The notes beneath the pieces were generated by a model. That model was not told where the DNA came from. It saw nothing but the letters and a program-made list of their open reading frames with translations, and ran no database searches. Shown piece after piece: positions 52,415 to 61,120 of a DNA stretch of 64,000 bases. The stretch is from an uncultured Bdellovibrio sp. (GTDB lineage: Bacteria; Bdellovibrionota; Bdellovibrionia; Bdellovibrionales; Bdellovibrionaceae), in the NCBI GenBank assembly GCA_963932905.1, contig CAWVRN010000001.1, positions 160,001 through 224,000 of the forward strand, written 5' to 3'. A program made the translations under genes and the position numbers. The stretch's first letter is position 1, and the number at the start of each line of letters is the position of its first letter.

Positions 52415-53533
52415 CTACCCGCCGCCAAAATCCGTAGGTGGTGGTGTTACCAGTTTGCATGTATTAGATACGAATTGAATGTATCCATTGCGGCACAAGA
52501 AATTGATACTGCCTTCGTAAGTCCGAGTTGTCCCATATCCGTCGCCGCGGCGATAATAACATTTGTGCGTACTATTCGTTGCGCATTCGGATGTGTGAAT
52601 CGTAGGAACATCAGTCGAGCATTCTATTGAGAAGTTCTGGTTATTAGAAACATCGGTACCTAGTGTGAAATAACTAAAACCAAGGCGACCGATTTGACCA
52701 ATAAAGTTTTGAAGCTGCATCATTTGAATGGTTGGATTATTTTGCGAAACTAACCATTTTATATTTCCACGATAAAACAAGTCGTTAAAGTAAGTGTAGC
52801 CGTCATTTGGATTTGTTCTAATAGATAGATCAATAAAATAATTTCCGCGACCACACAGTTTAGGTGTCATGCGAATTTGAGCTTTGGATGAAGTTAATTT
52901 AGATCCTGAACCATCAGTAACAATGACGTAGTAGTTACCTTCTTTATAAATACGATCAAGAACATCGGAATAGCTTTCATAGTGAACGGTTCCATATTTG
53001 GGAGCTAGTTTTTCGTTATCACGATACCATTCAAATGTATAAGGAGCGCGTCCACCCGAGATAGTAACGCCCACGAAAAATTCCGTACCTTCACCGATGG
53101 TTTTCGATGCGGGTTGAGTTTTAATTTTAAAGGTGGTATCGCCACTACTACCAATACCCGTGCCGCCGCCAGATCCCCCGCTACTGCCAGATCCGCTGCC
53201 ACAACCTAAACATGTTCCCGAGCCTGAACTCGAAGATCCACCCGATGAGCCACCACTGATAGAGCCGGCAGACCGACCATTAACTCCACCGAAACCGCTA
53301 GAGCTTGATGATGAGCTACCGCCAGTGATACCGCGTGCATTACCTGAATTTAAACCTGAACCAGATTTGCTGCCGGAAGACGAACCCGAGCCAAGAGTAG
53401 AAGATGAAGATTTATTTCCTGATGTAGACGAAGAATCAGGAGTCGAAGCGGTGCTTGGACCACTACAGTTTTGGAACGACACCATCAATACAGAAAATCC
53501 CAAAATGATTCTGACTTTTTTTAAATTCACCAA
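52415..53533 (-). CDS. Lipoprotein-like protein with FQNC signal, Gly/Ser linker, Ig-like domain and Cys-rich C-terminus
   Basis: LMVSFQNCS; ~100 aa G/S-rich; TQP..PYTFEWYRD..GNYYVIVTD Ig pattern; start codon uncertain. Confidence 0.8.
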   Translation of the reverse strand: MVNLKKVRIILGFSVLMVSFQNCSGPSTASTPDSSSTSGNKSSSSTLGSGSSSGSKSGSGLNSGNARGITGGSSSSSSSGFGGVNGRSAGSISGGSSGGSSSSGSGTCLGCGSGSGSSGGSGGGTGIGSSGDTTFKIKTQPASKTIGEGTEFFVGVTISGGRAPYTFEWYRDNEKLAPKYGTVHYESYSDVLDRIYKEGNYYVIVTDGSGSKLTSSKAQIRMTPKLCGRGNYFIDLSIRTNPNDGYTYFNDLFYRGNIKWLVSQNNPTIQMMQLQNFIGQIGRLGFSYFTLGTDVSNNQNFSIECSTDVPTIHTSECATNSTHKCYYRRGDGYGTTRTYEGSINFLCRNGYIQFVSNTCKLVTPPPTDFGGG

Positions 53534-53588
53534 TCCCCCACCCGAACAGTTTAATTAAGTGCAAACTAAGTTCCGGGTCCACACCATT

Positions 53589-53615
53589 TTATCGGCTTAG
53601 ATAGGAGTGACTTTA
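53589..53615 (-). promoter_or_regulatory. Sigma28 (FliA) promoter
   Basis: Minus strand TAAA-gtcactcctatctaa-GCCGATAA, an exact TAAA-N15-GCCGATAA match 56 nt upstream of the 52415-53533 gene. Confidence 0.85.
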
Positions 53616-53693
53616 AACACTGTCGAAAAAAACTACGACGTTTCAAAATGAGAACTCGAGGATTGTCTAAATTTCAAACACTAATGAAACAAT

Positions 53694-54578
53694 TTAGTTA
53701 TTTTTATCGACGCCAATCTTTAAGAATGAACGAATCTTTAGATTGATGTAATCAGGAAAGTCTAGCTGTGTACAGTGGCTGCCATAAGGAACTTCGACGT
53801 ACTCTGATTCGTGGATCTTGTTGGCCATTTCTTCTTGGTAGGACTTTGGCGTCACGTTGTCGTTTTCACCAGAGATAATGAGCGTAGGGACGTTTATATT
53901 TTCTAAAACTTTTTCGCCATTAAACTTCATCATGTCTTCAAATAAGCCCAAGAAAACCTGCAGATCTAGTTCTGCAACTCCTTTAGCGTACACTTCGATA
54001 TCTTTGAAGTGAGTTAGTTTTAAATTGAACCCGCCAACAAGAGCGACGGCTCGCATCGAGATTGGATTGTACACAGCGGCTTTCCAAATGCGCGTAAACA
54101 GCTCCGGAGAATTCTCAAACTGACTTTTTGCCCAATAGAAAAAAGGCTCCGCAAGATCTAAACCAAACATGCCTTTGATTGGGTTACGTGCAAATCCATT
54201 GATCAACGTGATACTTTTAAACCGTTCAGGGAATTGGTCAAACGCCGAAAAAATAACGGGCGCGCCAAAACTGTGGCCTGCAAAATGAGCCTTCTCAATT
54301 TTCAAATCATCTAAAATGGCCTCGATATCTTTCGCGGTGGACGCAATATTCAAATTATTTTTGTCGGCTACTGGATAGCTTTGGTGATGACCGCGCAAAT
54401 CAAAACAAATGACCTTATTGAATCGGCTAAAGTATTTTATCTGATGATGCCAGTGATTCATAAGGCATGCGATTCCGTAAACAAAAACAATCGGCTCACC
54501 CTGCCCGCGACATTCGTAATAAATTTCTGTTCCATCGAAACTTTTTATTTTTTTTGAAGATTTTTGAATTACGTCCAT
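53694..54578 (-). CDS. Alpha/beta-fold hydrolase
   Basis: FDLRGH, GHSFG nucleophile elbow, GENDNVTP, GSH. Confidence 0.93.
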   Translation of the reverse strand: MDVIQKSSKKIKSFDGTEIYYECRGQGEPIVFVYGIACLMNHWHHQIKYFSRFNKVICFDLRGHHQSYPVADKNNLNIASTAKDIEAILDDLKIEKAHFAGHSFGAPVIFSAFDQFPERFKSITLINGFARNPIKGMFGLDLAEPFFYWAKSQFENSPELFTRIWKAAVYNPISMRAVALVGGFNLKLTHFKDIEVYAKGVAELDLQVFLGLFEDMMKFNGEKVLENINVPTLIISGENDNVTPKSYQEEMANKIHESEYVEVPYGSHCTQLDFPDYINLKIRSFLKIGVDKNN

Positions 54579-55267
54579 TACTCTAAAAACAACACTTTAA
54601 TGATGCTTTCTCCTACTTTGATTCGATCGCCGCTAATCAGAACTTGCGACTCAAAGACAGTATCATTCAACATAACACGACTTAAATCAAAGTTTACAAT
54701 ACGCGCGCCTTCCGGCGATGGAACAATTTTAAATGCTAATTCTGGTGCTTCCGCTTCATGCAAAGCAATGTCTAGCGACCAGAAACCAGCTGTACGGGGC
54801 CCGAATGTTAGAATCTTGCTCTCGTCTGTTTGAATACCCTGGATGAACTGAAGTTCTACTTTAGGGTTAAAGGCTGCTAAATCCTGAGGCGGCATAGTGT
54901 TTAAAGCGCTATGACTAATTTCGTCCGCCAGCAAATCTCGCCACGTTTTTGTGGGAAAGTACTCTTCCATCTGCTCGTCAGTGAAGACTTTAACGATGAA
55001 CTCAGTATTTCCCACCATAAACTTAGTTTCAGGGTAAAGGGCTACTTTTCTCACCACGGCGTCGTTGACGATAAGTCCATTTCTAGAATTTTGGTCGACA
55101 AGGATAGGAATTCCGGCTTCGTCAAATAGGACAGTGGCGTGTAATGTGGATACATTAGGGTCTTTAATTACGATATCGGCTTTCTTACGACCGACCGTCA
55201 TTTTATCGACTAATTTGAATACTTCACCTTTTTGAATTCCCTCAAGAATTTCAATAACTAAGCCCAT
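54578..55267 (-). CDS. FHA-domain protein (canonical N-terminal FHA plus degenerate C-terminal FHA)
   Basis: VGR..D..VSTLHA..DQNSRNG; the second half ends ISGDRIKVGES. Confidence 0.88.
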   Translation of the reverse strand: MGLVIEILEGIQKGEVFKLVDKMTVGRKKADIVIKDPNVSTLHATVLFDEAGIPILVDQNSRNGLIVNDAVVRKVALYPETKFMVGNTEFIVKVFTDEQMEEYFPTKTWRDLLADEISHSALNTMPPQDLAAFNPKVELQFIQGIQTDESKILTFGPRTAGFWSLDIALHEAEAPELAFKIVPSPEGARIVNFDLSRVMLNDTVFESQVLISGDRIKVGESIIKVLFLE

Positions 55268-55347
55268 ACTAATATCAGACCACTATTTAAATTTTTCGTC
55301 CAATAACTTTATCTTGAGGATGGACCAAAGCCATGATAGATCCTAGC

Positions 55348-55414
55348 TTCCTTGCTCATAGCTTTAGCAAACATTTTGCTTATTTCATTGGCCGTGGGCA
55401 CTAACCGAAAGGAA
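55348..55414 (+). ncRNA. S6:S18 ribosomal-protein leader (cis-regulatory RNA)
   Basis: TTCCTT(55348) pairs with the SD-containing AAGGAA(55409); TGCTCAT pairs with GTGGGCA; an unpaired CCG (55405) lies just 5' of the SD strand. This is the rpsF-leader architecture known from E. coli and B. subtilis. Confidence 0.75.
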
Positions 55415-55419
55415 CGAAA

Positions 55420-55863
55420 ATGAAGGTAAAGTACGAATATCCCAAGATTATTCACTTCTATGAAGGCGTGTTAATGCTACACCCTGACACGACAGCTGAA
55501 GAACAAAAAGAATTCTTTAAACGTAATAAAGAAATCCTAAAGTCTTTCTCTGGCGAGTATCATTCAGTAGAAACTTGGGGCAAAAGAACACTAGCGTACC
55601 CAATCGCTAAAATGAAAAAAGCGTTATATTTCCACGCTTTATTCAAATCTGAGCCGGCGGCTATCGCCGAACTTGAGCGTACAATGCGTATCAACGAAAA
55701 AGTTGTTCGCTTTATGCACACTCGTCTAGACGACCGAAAACCTCTAGCGAAGCACTCAGAAGATTTTAAAAATCAATTAAAAGTATCAGCGGAAAGAGAA
55801 CGCGAACGCGAAGCTAAGATCCAAGCACGTAAAGCTGCTAGGGCTGCTTCTATCGCTGAGTAA
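55420..55863 (+). CDS. rpsF: 30S ribosomal protein S6 with C-terminal extension
   Basis: YE..L.P, WGKRTLAYPI, ELERTMRINEKVVRF. Confidence 0.97.
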   Translation: MKVKYEYPKIIHFYEGVLMLHPDTTAEEQKEFFKRNKEILKSFSGEYHSVETWGKRTLAYPIAKMKKALYFHALFKSEPAAIAELERTMRINEKVVRFMHTRLDDRKPLAKHSEDFKNQLKVSAEREREREAKIQARKAARAASIAE

Positions 55864-56762
55864 TGACGTTAACGAAGGGTTCACTCTCTAGACTGTCTGT
55901 TATCTCGAGCATCGCTGTGTTGATGTCGTTGTTAACGGTAGTGTTTGGAACCCCCTTCCTTAGAGTTATTAGGAACGTATACGGTTCTTTGATATTTTGG
56001 GGTTTAGTATTTTTGTTTTTAGGCGGAACAACGCTGTTAAAAGCAGACTGGCTAAGTTTCGTAGTTGGGTCTGTGTGGATTACCACCGGAATCAGTTTAG
56101 AACTCGAGAAAAAGAAAGTTTCTTTTTTAACGAATTCGATACTGAGTTTAACTACTGGATTTATTCTGTGTGCGGCGGGGTTGTGGGGAGTTCTGAAACG
56201 CTTAGGGGTCAATGACCTAGCTCGAGCGACAGAATATTTCCAGGAGGCTGTAAAACCGTTAGTGAAGGGACAAATGAATCAGGAGCTGGATTACACCGCC
56301 TTGGTTCTACAAATGCCTTCCATGCTGTTTATAGCGCTTCTTCTAAGCTTAGCCATTGGATTTCTGATGGAACGTAGAATTCGCTTCTGGTTTCGACTAA
56401 CGAAGCAAGGCTATGTTTATAAGTTTGATTTTTTGAAGTTCAGAGTCAGCGATAAGTTAATATGGGTTGCCCTATTTTCCTTATTGTTCAGTGTTCTGGG
56501 TGGATTTGGTCCAAACTTTAAAGCATTAGAAACGGTGGGCTCGAATTTGGTGAATGTTTTTATAGTGGTTTATTTCTTTCAGGGATTAGCTGTTTTAGAA
56601 CACATTTTAATTCAAATCAGAGCCGGAGTATTTTTAAGAACCTTTAGTTATTTTATTTTTTTAGGACAATTATTTTTAGTTTTATCTATCGTCGGCTTTT
56701 TAGATTTTTGGTTCGACTTTAGATCAAAGATAAAAATAGGTATAAATAGGCAAGCCACCTAG
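55863..56762 (+). CDS. DUF2232/YybS-family membrane protein
   Basis: Multi-TM; YFFQGLAV and GFLDFWFDFR motifs; typical position before rplI. Confidence 0.85.
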   Translation: MTLTKGSLSRLSVISSIAVLMSLLTVVFGTPFLRVIRNVYGSLIFWGLVFLFLGGTTLLKADWLSFVVGSVWITTGISLELEKKKVSFLTNSILSLTTGFILCAAGLWGVLKRLGVNDLARATEYFQEAVKPLVKGQMNQELDYTALVLQMPSMLFIALLLSLAIGFLMERRIRFWFRLTKQGYVYKFDFLKFRVSDKLIWVALFSLLFSVLGGFGPNFKALETVGSNLVNVFIVVYFFQGLAVLEHILIQIRAGVFLRTFSYFIFLGQLFLVLSIVGFLDFWFDFRSKIKIGINRQAT

Positions 56763-56803
56763 ACAAACACAAACGGCGGGCCCTACGAGGAAAAGAGGAT
56801 TTT

Positions 56804-57247
56804 ATGAAAGTTATTTTACAAAAAGACGTTAAAGAATTAGGTCGCGCAGGCGATTTGTTAAATGTTTCTACTGGTTATTTTAGAAACTTTTTATTCCCAA
56901 AAAACTTAGCTATCGAAGCTACTGAAACAAAAGTTAAAGAATGGGAACACTTAAAGAAAGTATCTGAAGCTAAAAAAGCTAAAGCTATGGAAGAGAAAAA
57001 ACAGGTTGTTTCAAAATTGAATGGTTTATCTTTAACTTTCAAAGCAGTTGCTGGTGAAAGCGATAAATTATTCGGTGCTGTTACTCACGGTGATATCTCT
57101 AAAGAATTAGAAAAACAGGGTTTCTCTGTTGATAAACGTGACGTAGTACTTGAAGAGCCAATCAAAATTTTGGGTAAACACAAAGCTCAAGTTAAATTCT
57201 CTGAAGGTTTAGTGGCTGACATTTCTATCAACGTAGAAAGACAGTAA
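56804..57247 (+). CDS. rplI: 50S ribosomal protein L9
   Basis: MKVILQKDV..LG..G..GYFRNFLFP, KLFGAVT, PIKILG. Confidence 0.99.
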   Translation: MKVILQKDVKELGRAGDLLNVSTGYFRNFLFPKNLAIEATETKVKEWEHLKKVSEAKKAKAMEEKKQVVSKLNGLSLTFKAVAGESDKLFGAVTHGDISKELEKQGFSVDKRDVVLEEPIKILGKHKAQVKFSEGLVADISINVERQ

Positions 57248-57280
57248 TTAGTTACAAATTTTAATTAAATTTAAATATGG

Positions 57281-57312
57281 AAAAGGGATTCAATTTCTTG
57301 AATCCCTTTTTT
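57281..57312. terminator. Intrinsic terminator after rplI (probably bidirectional)
   Basis: AAAAGGGATTCAA-TTTC-TTGAATCCCTTTTTT. Confidence 0.88.
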
Positions 57313-57322
57313 GTTTTTACGA

Positions 57323-57778
57323 CTAGAAAAATACCTCTACGCCGCTATTGCATTTGTAGTAAGGCTGATTATCTAAACTGTAATAGCAATTGAGTTTCTT
57401 CGATTGGTAATAAGTTGCTCCGATCGCAATTTCTTTTACCGCAATTGCCTTGTAAGCCTCCATGAATTTAAAGAACTCATTGGAGTTTGGAATTTTCTTA
57501 TTCACGGTTTTGCCGTCAATTTCAAAATCTGCCGTGCACTTAAAATTTTTTATATCGCTACTGCCGTGAACGCATTCGATGTTGCTGGCTTCTATGGACA
57601 TCGGCGCTTTAAATTTAACTTTCGCATTTTTTGCGAGCATTAGATTCTCAAATATTGTTTGAGTTGCGACTAGGGAAATGTTGGGCGGAGGCGTGTAGCC
57701 CTCTTCGGGCACGACCACTTTGCGTGCGAAGGTCGTATTAGATACAAATAACGATAAAATCAAAATAGTGAATTTCAT
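57323..57778 (-). CDS. Small exported hypothetical protein with two C-x11-C repeats
   Basis: Signal peptide, TAAGGAG SD, four Cys in two similar units. Confidence 0.8.
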   Translation of the reverse strand: MKFTILILSLFVSNTTFARKVVVPEEGYTPPPNISLVATQTIFENLMLAKNAKVKFKAPMSIEASNIECVHGSSDIKNFKCTADFEIDGKTVNKKIPNSNEFFKFMEAYKAIAVKEIAIGATYYQSKKLNCYYSLDNQPYYKCNSGVEVFF

Positions 57779-57879
57779 GGGAGGTCTCCTTAATCAGTTA
57801 TCCTAATTACGAATGACCGCGCGAAATCTTAGTCTAGTTTTTTAAGTCGATTTATTTCAAGATGATCGTATCAAAAAGA

Positions 57880-57904
57880 AAAAGGGCTTTTTAACGGCCC
57901 TTTT
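57880..57904 (-). terminator. Intrinsic terminator of the 70-aa gene
   Basis: AAAAGGGC-N9-GCCCTTTT with a U tract on the minus strand. Confidence 0.7.
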
Positions 57905-57931
57905 AATAACAACAATTTGGGTGTGAGATCG

Positions 57932-58144
57932 TTAGGCGTATTTAGCTTCGGCTTGAGCTTCTTCTTCTAGAATTAAAGCTTGCAAATAGTCCGCTAAAAC
58001 TTCGCGAAGTTGATCTAGTTCAAGAGTTTCTGGGTTCAAAGAATAATTCTGAATCAGTGTTCCCATTTGGCTATCGAAAAAGCCTTCATCCAATCCCGCC
58101 GTTTCTCTTAATTCTGCAATCAGTGTCGTCCCTTTTAGACCCAT
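57932..58144 (-). CDS. Small acidic helical hypothetical protein (70 aa)
   Basis: GGAGG SD, its own terminator, protein-like composition. Confidence 0.8.
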   Translation of the reverse strand: MGLKGTTLIAELRETAGLDEGFFDSQMGTLIQNYSLNPETLELDQLREVLADYLQALILEEEAQAEAKYA

Positions 58145-58231
58145 CGAAAAGCCTCCATGCTTTCTTCGCCCCTGCGGTGTGATCCGCTCATCTGTAGGAC
58201 ACCATCAGATTTTGTTTGGGTTAAGAATTTT

Positions 58232-58260
58232 TTATCGACGAGGAAAACAAATAACCTTTA
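58232..58260 (-). promoter_or_regulatory. Possible sigma28-type promoter of the 70-aa gene
   Basis: Minus strand TAAAGG-N15-GTCGATAA; the -10 has one mismatch and TAAA spacing is 17 rather than 15. Confidence 0.45.
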
Positions 58261-58376
58261 GTCTAGCCTGGAACGCTAGACTTATAAGCAACTTTCATAG
58301 TGATTCTAAAAGTTCTCGTGATTTCTTGAAGCTAACTAAACGCACGTTAAGAAACCGTTAGATAGAAATCAGAGGA

Positions 58377-59780
58377 CTATGGATTTTGTCCGGGAGCGTG
58401 ATTTTTTGGACGATTGAAATGTTGGTTCGGTGGCACTTGCGGTGGAGGCAATGGATTCATTGATTCCACATCAGCATCACGGAATCTATTGAACTTAGCA
58501 TCAAAGCGCAGCTTCACAGTTCCCGTCGGACCATTACGTTGTTTACCAATAATAACTTCGGCATGTCCTGCTTTTTCTGGATCATCTTTATCGTAATAGT
58601 CATCACGATATAACATCATGATCACGTCGGCATCTTGCTCGATCGAACCCGATTCACGAAGATCTGATAACATAGGACGACGATCCGCACGACCCTCAAC
58701 CCCACGATTCAACTGCGCAAGTGCAATCACAGGGATACTTAATTCTTTTGCGATTACTTTTAACATTTTTGAAATTTCGGATACGGCTCGCTCGCGGCTT
58801 TCAACTTTCAATTTCAAATCCATTAACTGCAAGTAGTCGATCATAATACAGTCTATTCCATACTGAGCTTTCAAACGACGGCAACGCGCGCGAATCTCGA
58901 ATGGTGAAACACCCGACGTATCATCGATGAAAAGTTTAGATTCACTTAATTGCGAAGCGGCTGAAATTAATTTCGGCCAACTCGAATCTTGTACACGGCC
59001 AGTTCTGATTTCAGACATAGATACGCGTGATTCCGCAGAGAGCACACGCATCATAACCGCCTCTTTACCCATCTCGAGTGAAAAATATGCGCATGTCTTT
59101 TTCTGACGAAGTACAATATGAGACGCCACGTTCAAACTGAACGCGGTTTTACCCATCGACGGACGAGCCGCGATGATAGTTAATTCGCCAGGATGCATAC
59201 CTGCCGTCATTTTGTCTAATTCTGTAAATCCAGTGGCAATACCCGTGATGTCGGCTTGTTGTTGGTAAAGAGCTTCGATTTTCTTGATACTTTCTTTAAC
59301 GATATCCATCGAGCCAACAAGGCCGGAAGCGGCTTTCTTTTCACCGATCTTAAAAATATCCTGTTCGGCTTTATCTAATATAGTGTCGACTTCCATTTTT
59401 TCACTATTGTAAGCCGACTCGATAATTTCAGTACTCGTCGAGATTAATTTTCTAAGAAGTGATTTTTCTTTCACGATCTGAGCGTAGGTCGCAATATGTG
59501 CTGACGAGATAGTGCGCTCAAGAAGACTAGCTAGATAGACATAACCACCCACCGCATCGAATTCATTTCGTGAACGAAGAGCATCCGTTACCGTGACTAA
59601 ATCAATTGGGCGAGATTTAGAATTTAAATCTAAGATCGCTTGGTAAATTTTTTGATTTGCAGGAGAATAGAAGTCTTCCACCGAGATAATATCACCGATT
59701 TGGTCGAACGATTCTCTTTCGAGCATCAGACCGCCCAATATAGATTGTTCCGCTTCAAGATTTTGTGGTGGCAGACGCAC
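58377..59780 (-). CDS. dnaB: Replicative DNA helicase
   Basis: PPQNLEAEQSILG, ARPSMGKT, DYLQLM, QLNR, SDLRESGSIEQDAD, KQRNGPTG; GTG start; no intein. Confidence 0.99.
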   Translation of the reverse strand: MRLPPQNLEAEQSILGGLMLERESFDQIGDIISVEDFYSPANQKIYQAILDLNSKSRPIDLVTVTDALRSRNEFDAVGGYVYLASLLERTISSAHIATYAQIVKEKSLLRKLISTSTEIIESAYNSEKMEVDTILDKAEQDIFKIGEKKAASGLVGSMDIVKESIKKIEALYQQQADITGIATGFTELDKMTAGMHPGELTIIAARPSMGKTAFSLNVASHIVLRQKKTCAYFSLEMGKEAVMMRVLSAESRVSMSEIRTGRVQDSSWPKLISAASQLSESKLFIDDTSGVSPFEIRARCRRLKAQYGIDCIMIDYLQLMDLKLKVESRERAVSEISKMLKVIAKELSIPVIALAQLNRGVEGRADRRPMLSDLRESGSIEQDADVIMMLYRDDYYDKDDPEKAGHAEVIIGKQRNGPTGTVKLRFDAKFNRFRDADVESMNPLPPPQVPPNQHFNRPKNHAPGQNP

Positions 59781-59917
59781 TTAGTTTCCCCTTCCCTAAA
59801 CGCTCTTATAGAAATTTCACTATGCCATTGTTTTGGGCATACGTCATCCGGATTTGTTTGGATTTCTTTATTTTGAAAAGATTTTTTCCGGTGACGGTTT
59901 TGTGGTGTTTCACAAAA

Positions 59918-59966
59918 TAAAAAACGATGCCTGCGTTAACTCGTGATTGCGGGGCATCGTTTTTTA
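59918..59966. terminator. Intrinsic terminator after fis
   Basis: TAAAAAACGATGCC-N21-GGCATCGTTTTTTA inverted repeat. Confidence 0.75.
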
Positions 59967-59996
59967 GATTTTTTAATTATAAGTAATATTTTAAAA

Positions 59997-60314
59997 TTAC
60001 TGTGGAGTTAAAAGAAGACCGGCTTTTTTAACTTTGATTTTGTAGTTATCGATTTTCTTTTTAAGAGTGTTACGGTTGATACCTAACATCTGTGCTGTTT
60101 TAACTTGGTTGCCATTATAAGCGCGTAATGCAAGTTCAAGAAGAGGTTTTTCAACTTGTTCAATGATCACGTTGTATAGACCATTAAGTTCTACTTGAGC
60201 TTCTTTTTGTTGCTGGAACAAAACTTCTAGTTTGCTCTTTACTAATTTTTCTAAACTTACTTGTTGAAGGTTTGCAACGAAAAGATTGTCTGAACTATTC
60301 AAATTCGGCGTCAT
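59997..60314 (-). CDS. fis: Stand-alone Fis-family DNA-binding protein
   Basis: LYNVIIEQVEKPLL..GNQVKTAQMLGINRNTLKKK HTH. Confidence 0.9.
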   Translation of the reverse strand: MTPNLNSSDNLFVANLQQVSLEKLVKSKLEVLFQQQKEAQVELNGLYNVIIEQVEKPLLELALRAYNGNQVKTAQMLGINRNTLKKKIDNYKIKVKKAGLLLTPQ

Positions 60315-60392
60315 GGAGCTCCTACGATTTTCAAAATTTATGATTAAGTGTTAACGAGTGTTGTAGGTATATATAGAAAAAATTTTTTAAGG

Positions 60393-61031
60393 TCAAACGC
60401 CTCTTGCATCGTGAGCCCAAATTTTTTTGTGTAACTGAATTTGCATTCTAGCTATTGAATTTTTCGTCAGAATTCGCTCGGCAAGCCATCTTTCAGAGAC
60501 TTCCCCGTATGATGGGCTGTATAAAACTGTATATTTTCCGAATAAATCATGTTGACGACAAAATTCTTCTGACCATTCGAAGTCTTTTTCACTGCAAATG
60601 ACAAATTTGAACTCAGTCAACTCATTACTAAACGCCAAATTGGAAATAAGAAAGCTATCTGCGGCACCGCTGTCAGGAGTTTTTACATCAAGGATTGTTT
60701 TTACTTTCGGATTTACATTTTCAATTGACTTAGAACCGCTGGTTTCCAAAGACACTTGGTAATTTTGACTCACTAATAAGTCCATCAGTGGAAAAATTTC
60801 TTTTTGAAGCAGGGGCTCGCCGCCAGTTAGGCATACGTATTTAGTTTTATGTTTGGCGATCTCATTAAGTAGAGTTTCTGTTTCTTGAAATGCACCCTCG
60901 TAATATGAGTACTTTGTGTCACAGTAGGTACAGCGAAGGTTACAACCGGTCGTACGCACGAAAACGGTAGGATGTCCAACCCAGCTCGACTCCCCCTGGA
61001 TGCTGTAAAACACTTCGTTTATCTTTAACAT
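60393..61031 (-). CDS. queE: 7-carboxy-7-deazaguanine synthase-like radical SAM protein
   Basis: INEVFYSIQGE, CNLRCTYCDT, TGGEPLLQ, QLHK; start moved to ATG 61031. Confidence 0.9.
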   Translation of the reverse strand: MLKINEVFYSIQGESSWVGHPTVFVRTTGCNLRCTYCDTKYSYYEGAFQETETLLNEIAKHKTKYVCLTGGEPLLQKEIFPLMDLLVSQNYQVSLETSGSKSIENVNPKVKTILDVKTPDSGAADSFLISNLAFSNELTEFKFVICSEKDFEWSEEFCRQHDLFGKYTVLYSPSYGEVSERWLAERILTKNSIARMQIQLHKKIWAHDARGV

Positions 61032-61120
61032 ACAGAAATCTCTGGACTTTATTAGTGCTAAAGTCAAGGCGATGGATTTTGAAGCTACCTTCACCAATTA
61101 AAAAAAAGTAAAATTTATAA

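Noticed and set aside
53133..53558. 141-aa Pro/Glu/Asp-rich + strand ORF
   Set aside because: Antisense shadow of the Gly/Ser linker of the minus-strand gene.
61032..61120. Possible preQ1 riboswitch upstream of queE
   Set aside because: No recognisable preQ1 stem-loop with an A-rich tail, and very little leader space.
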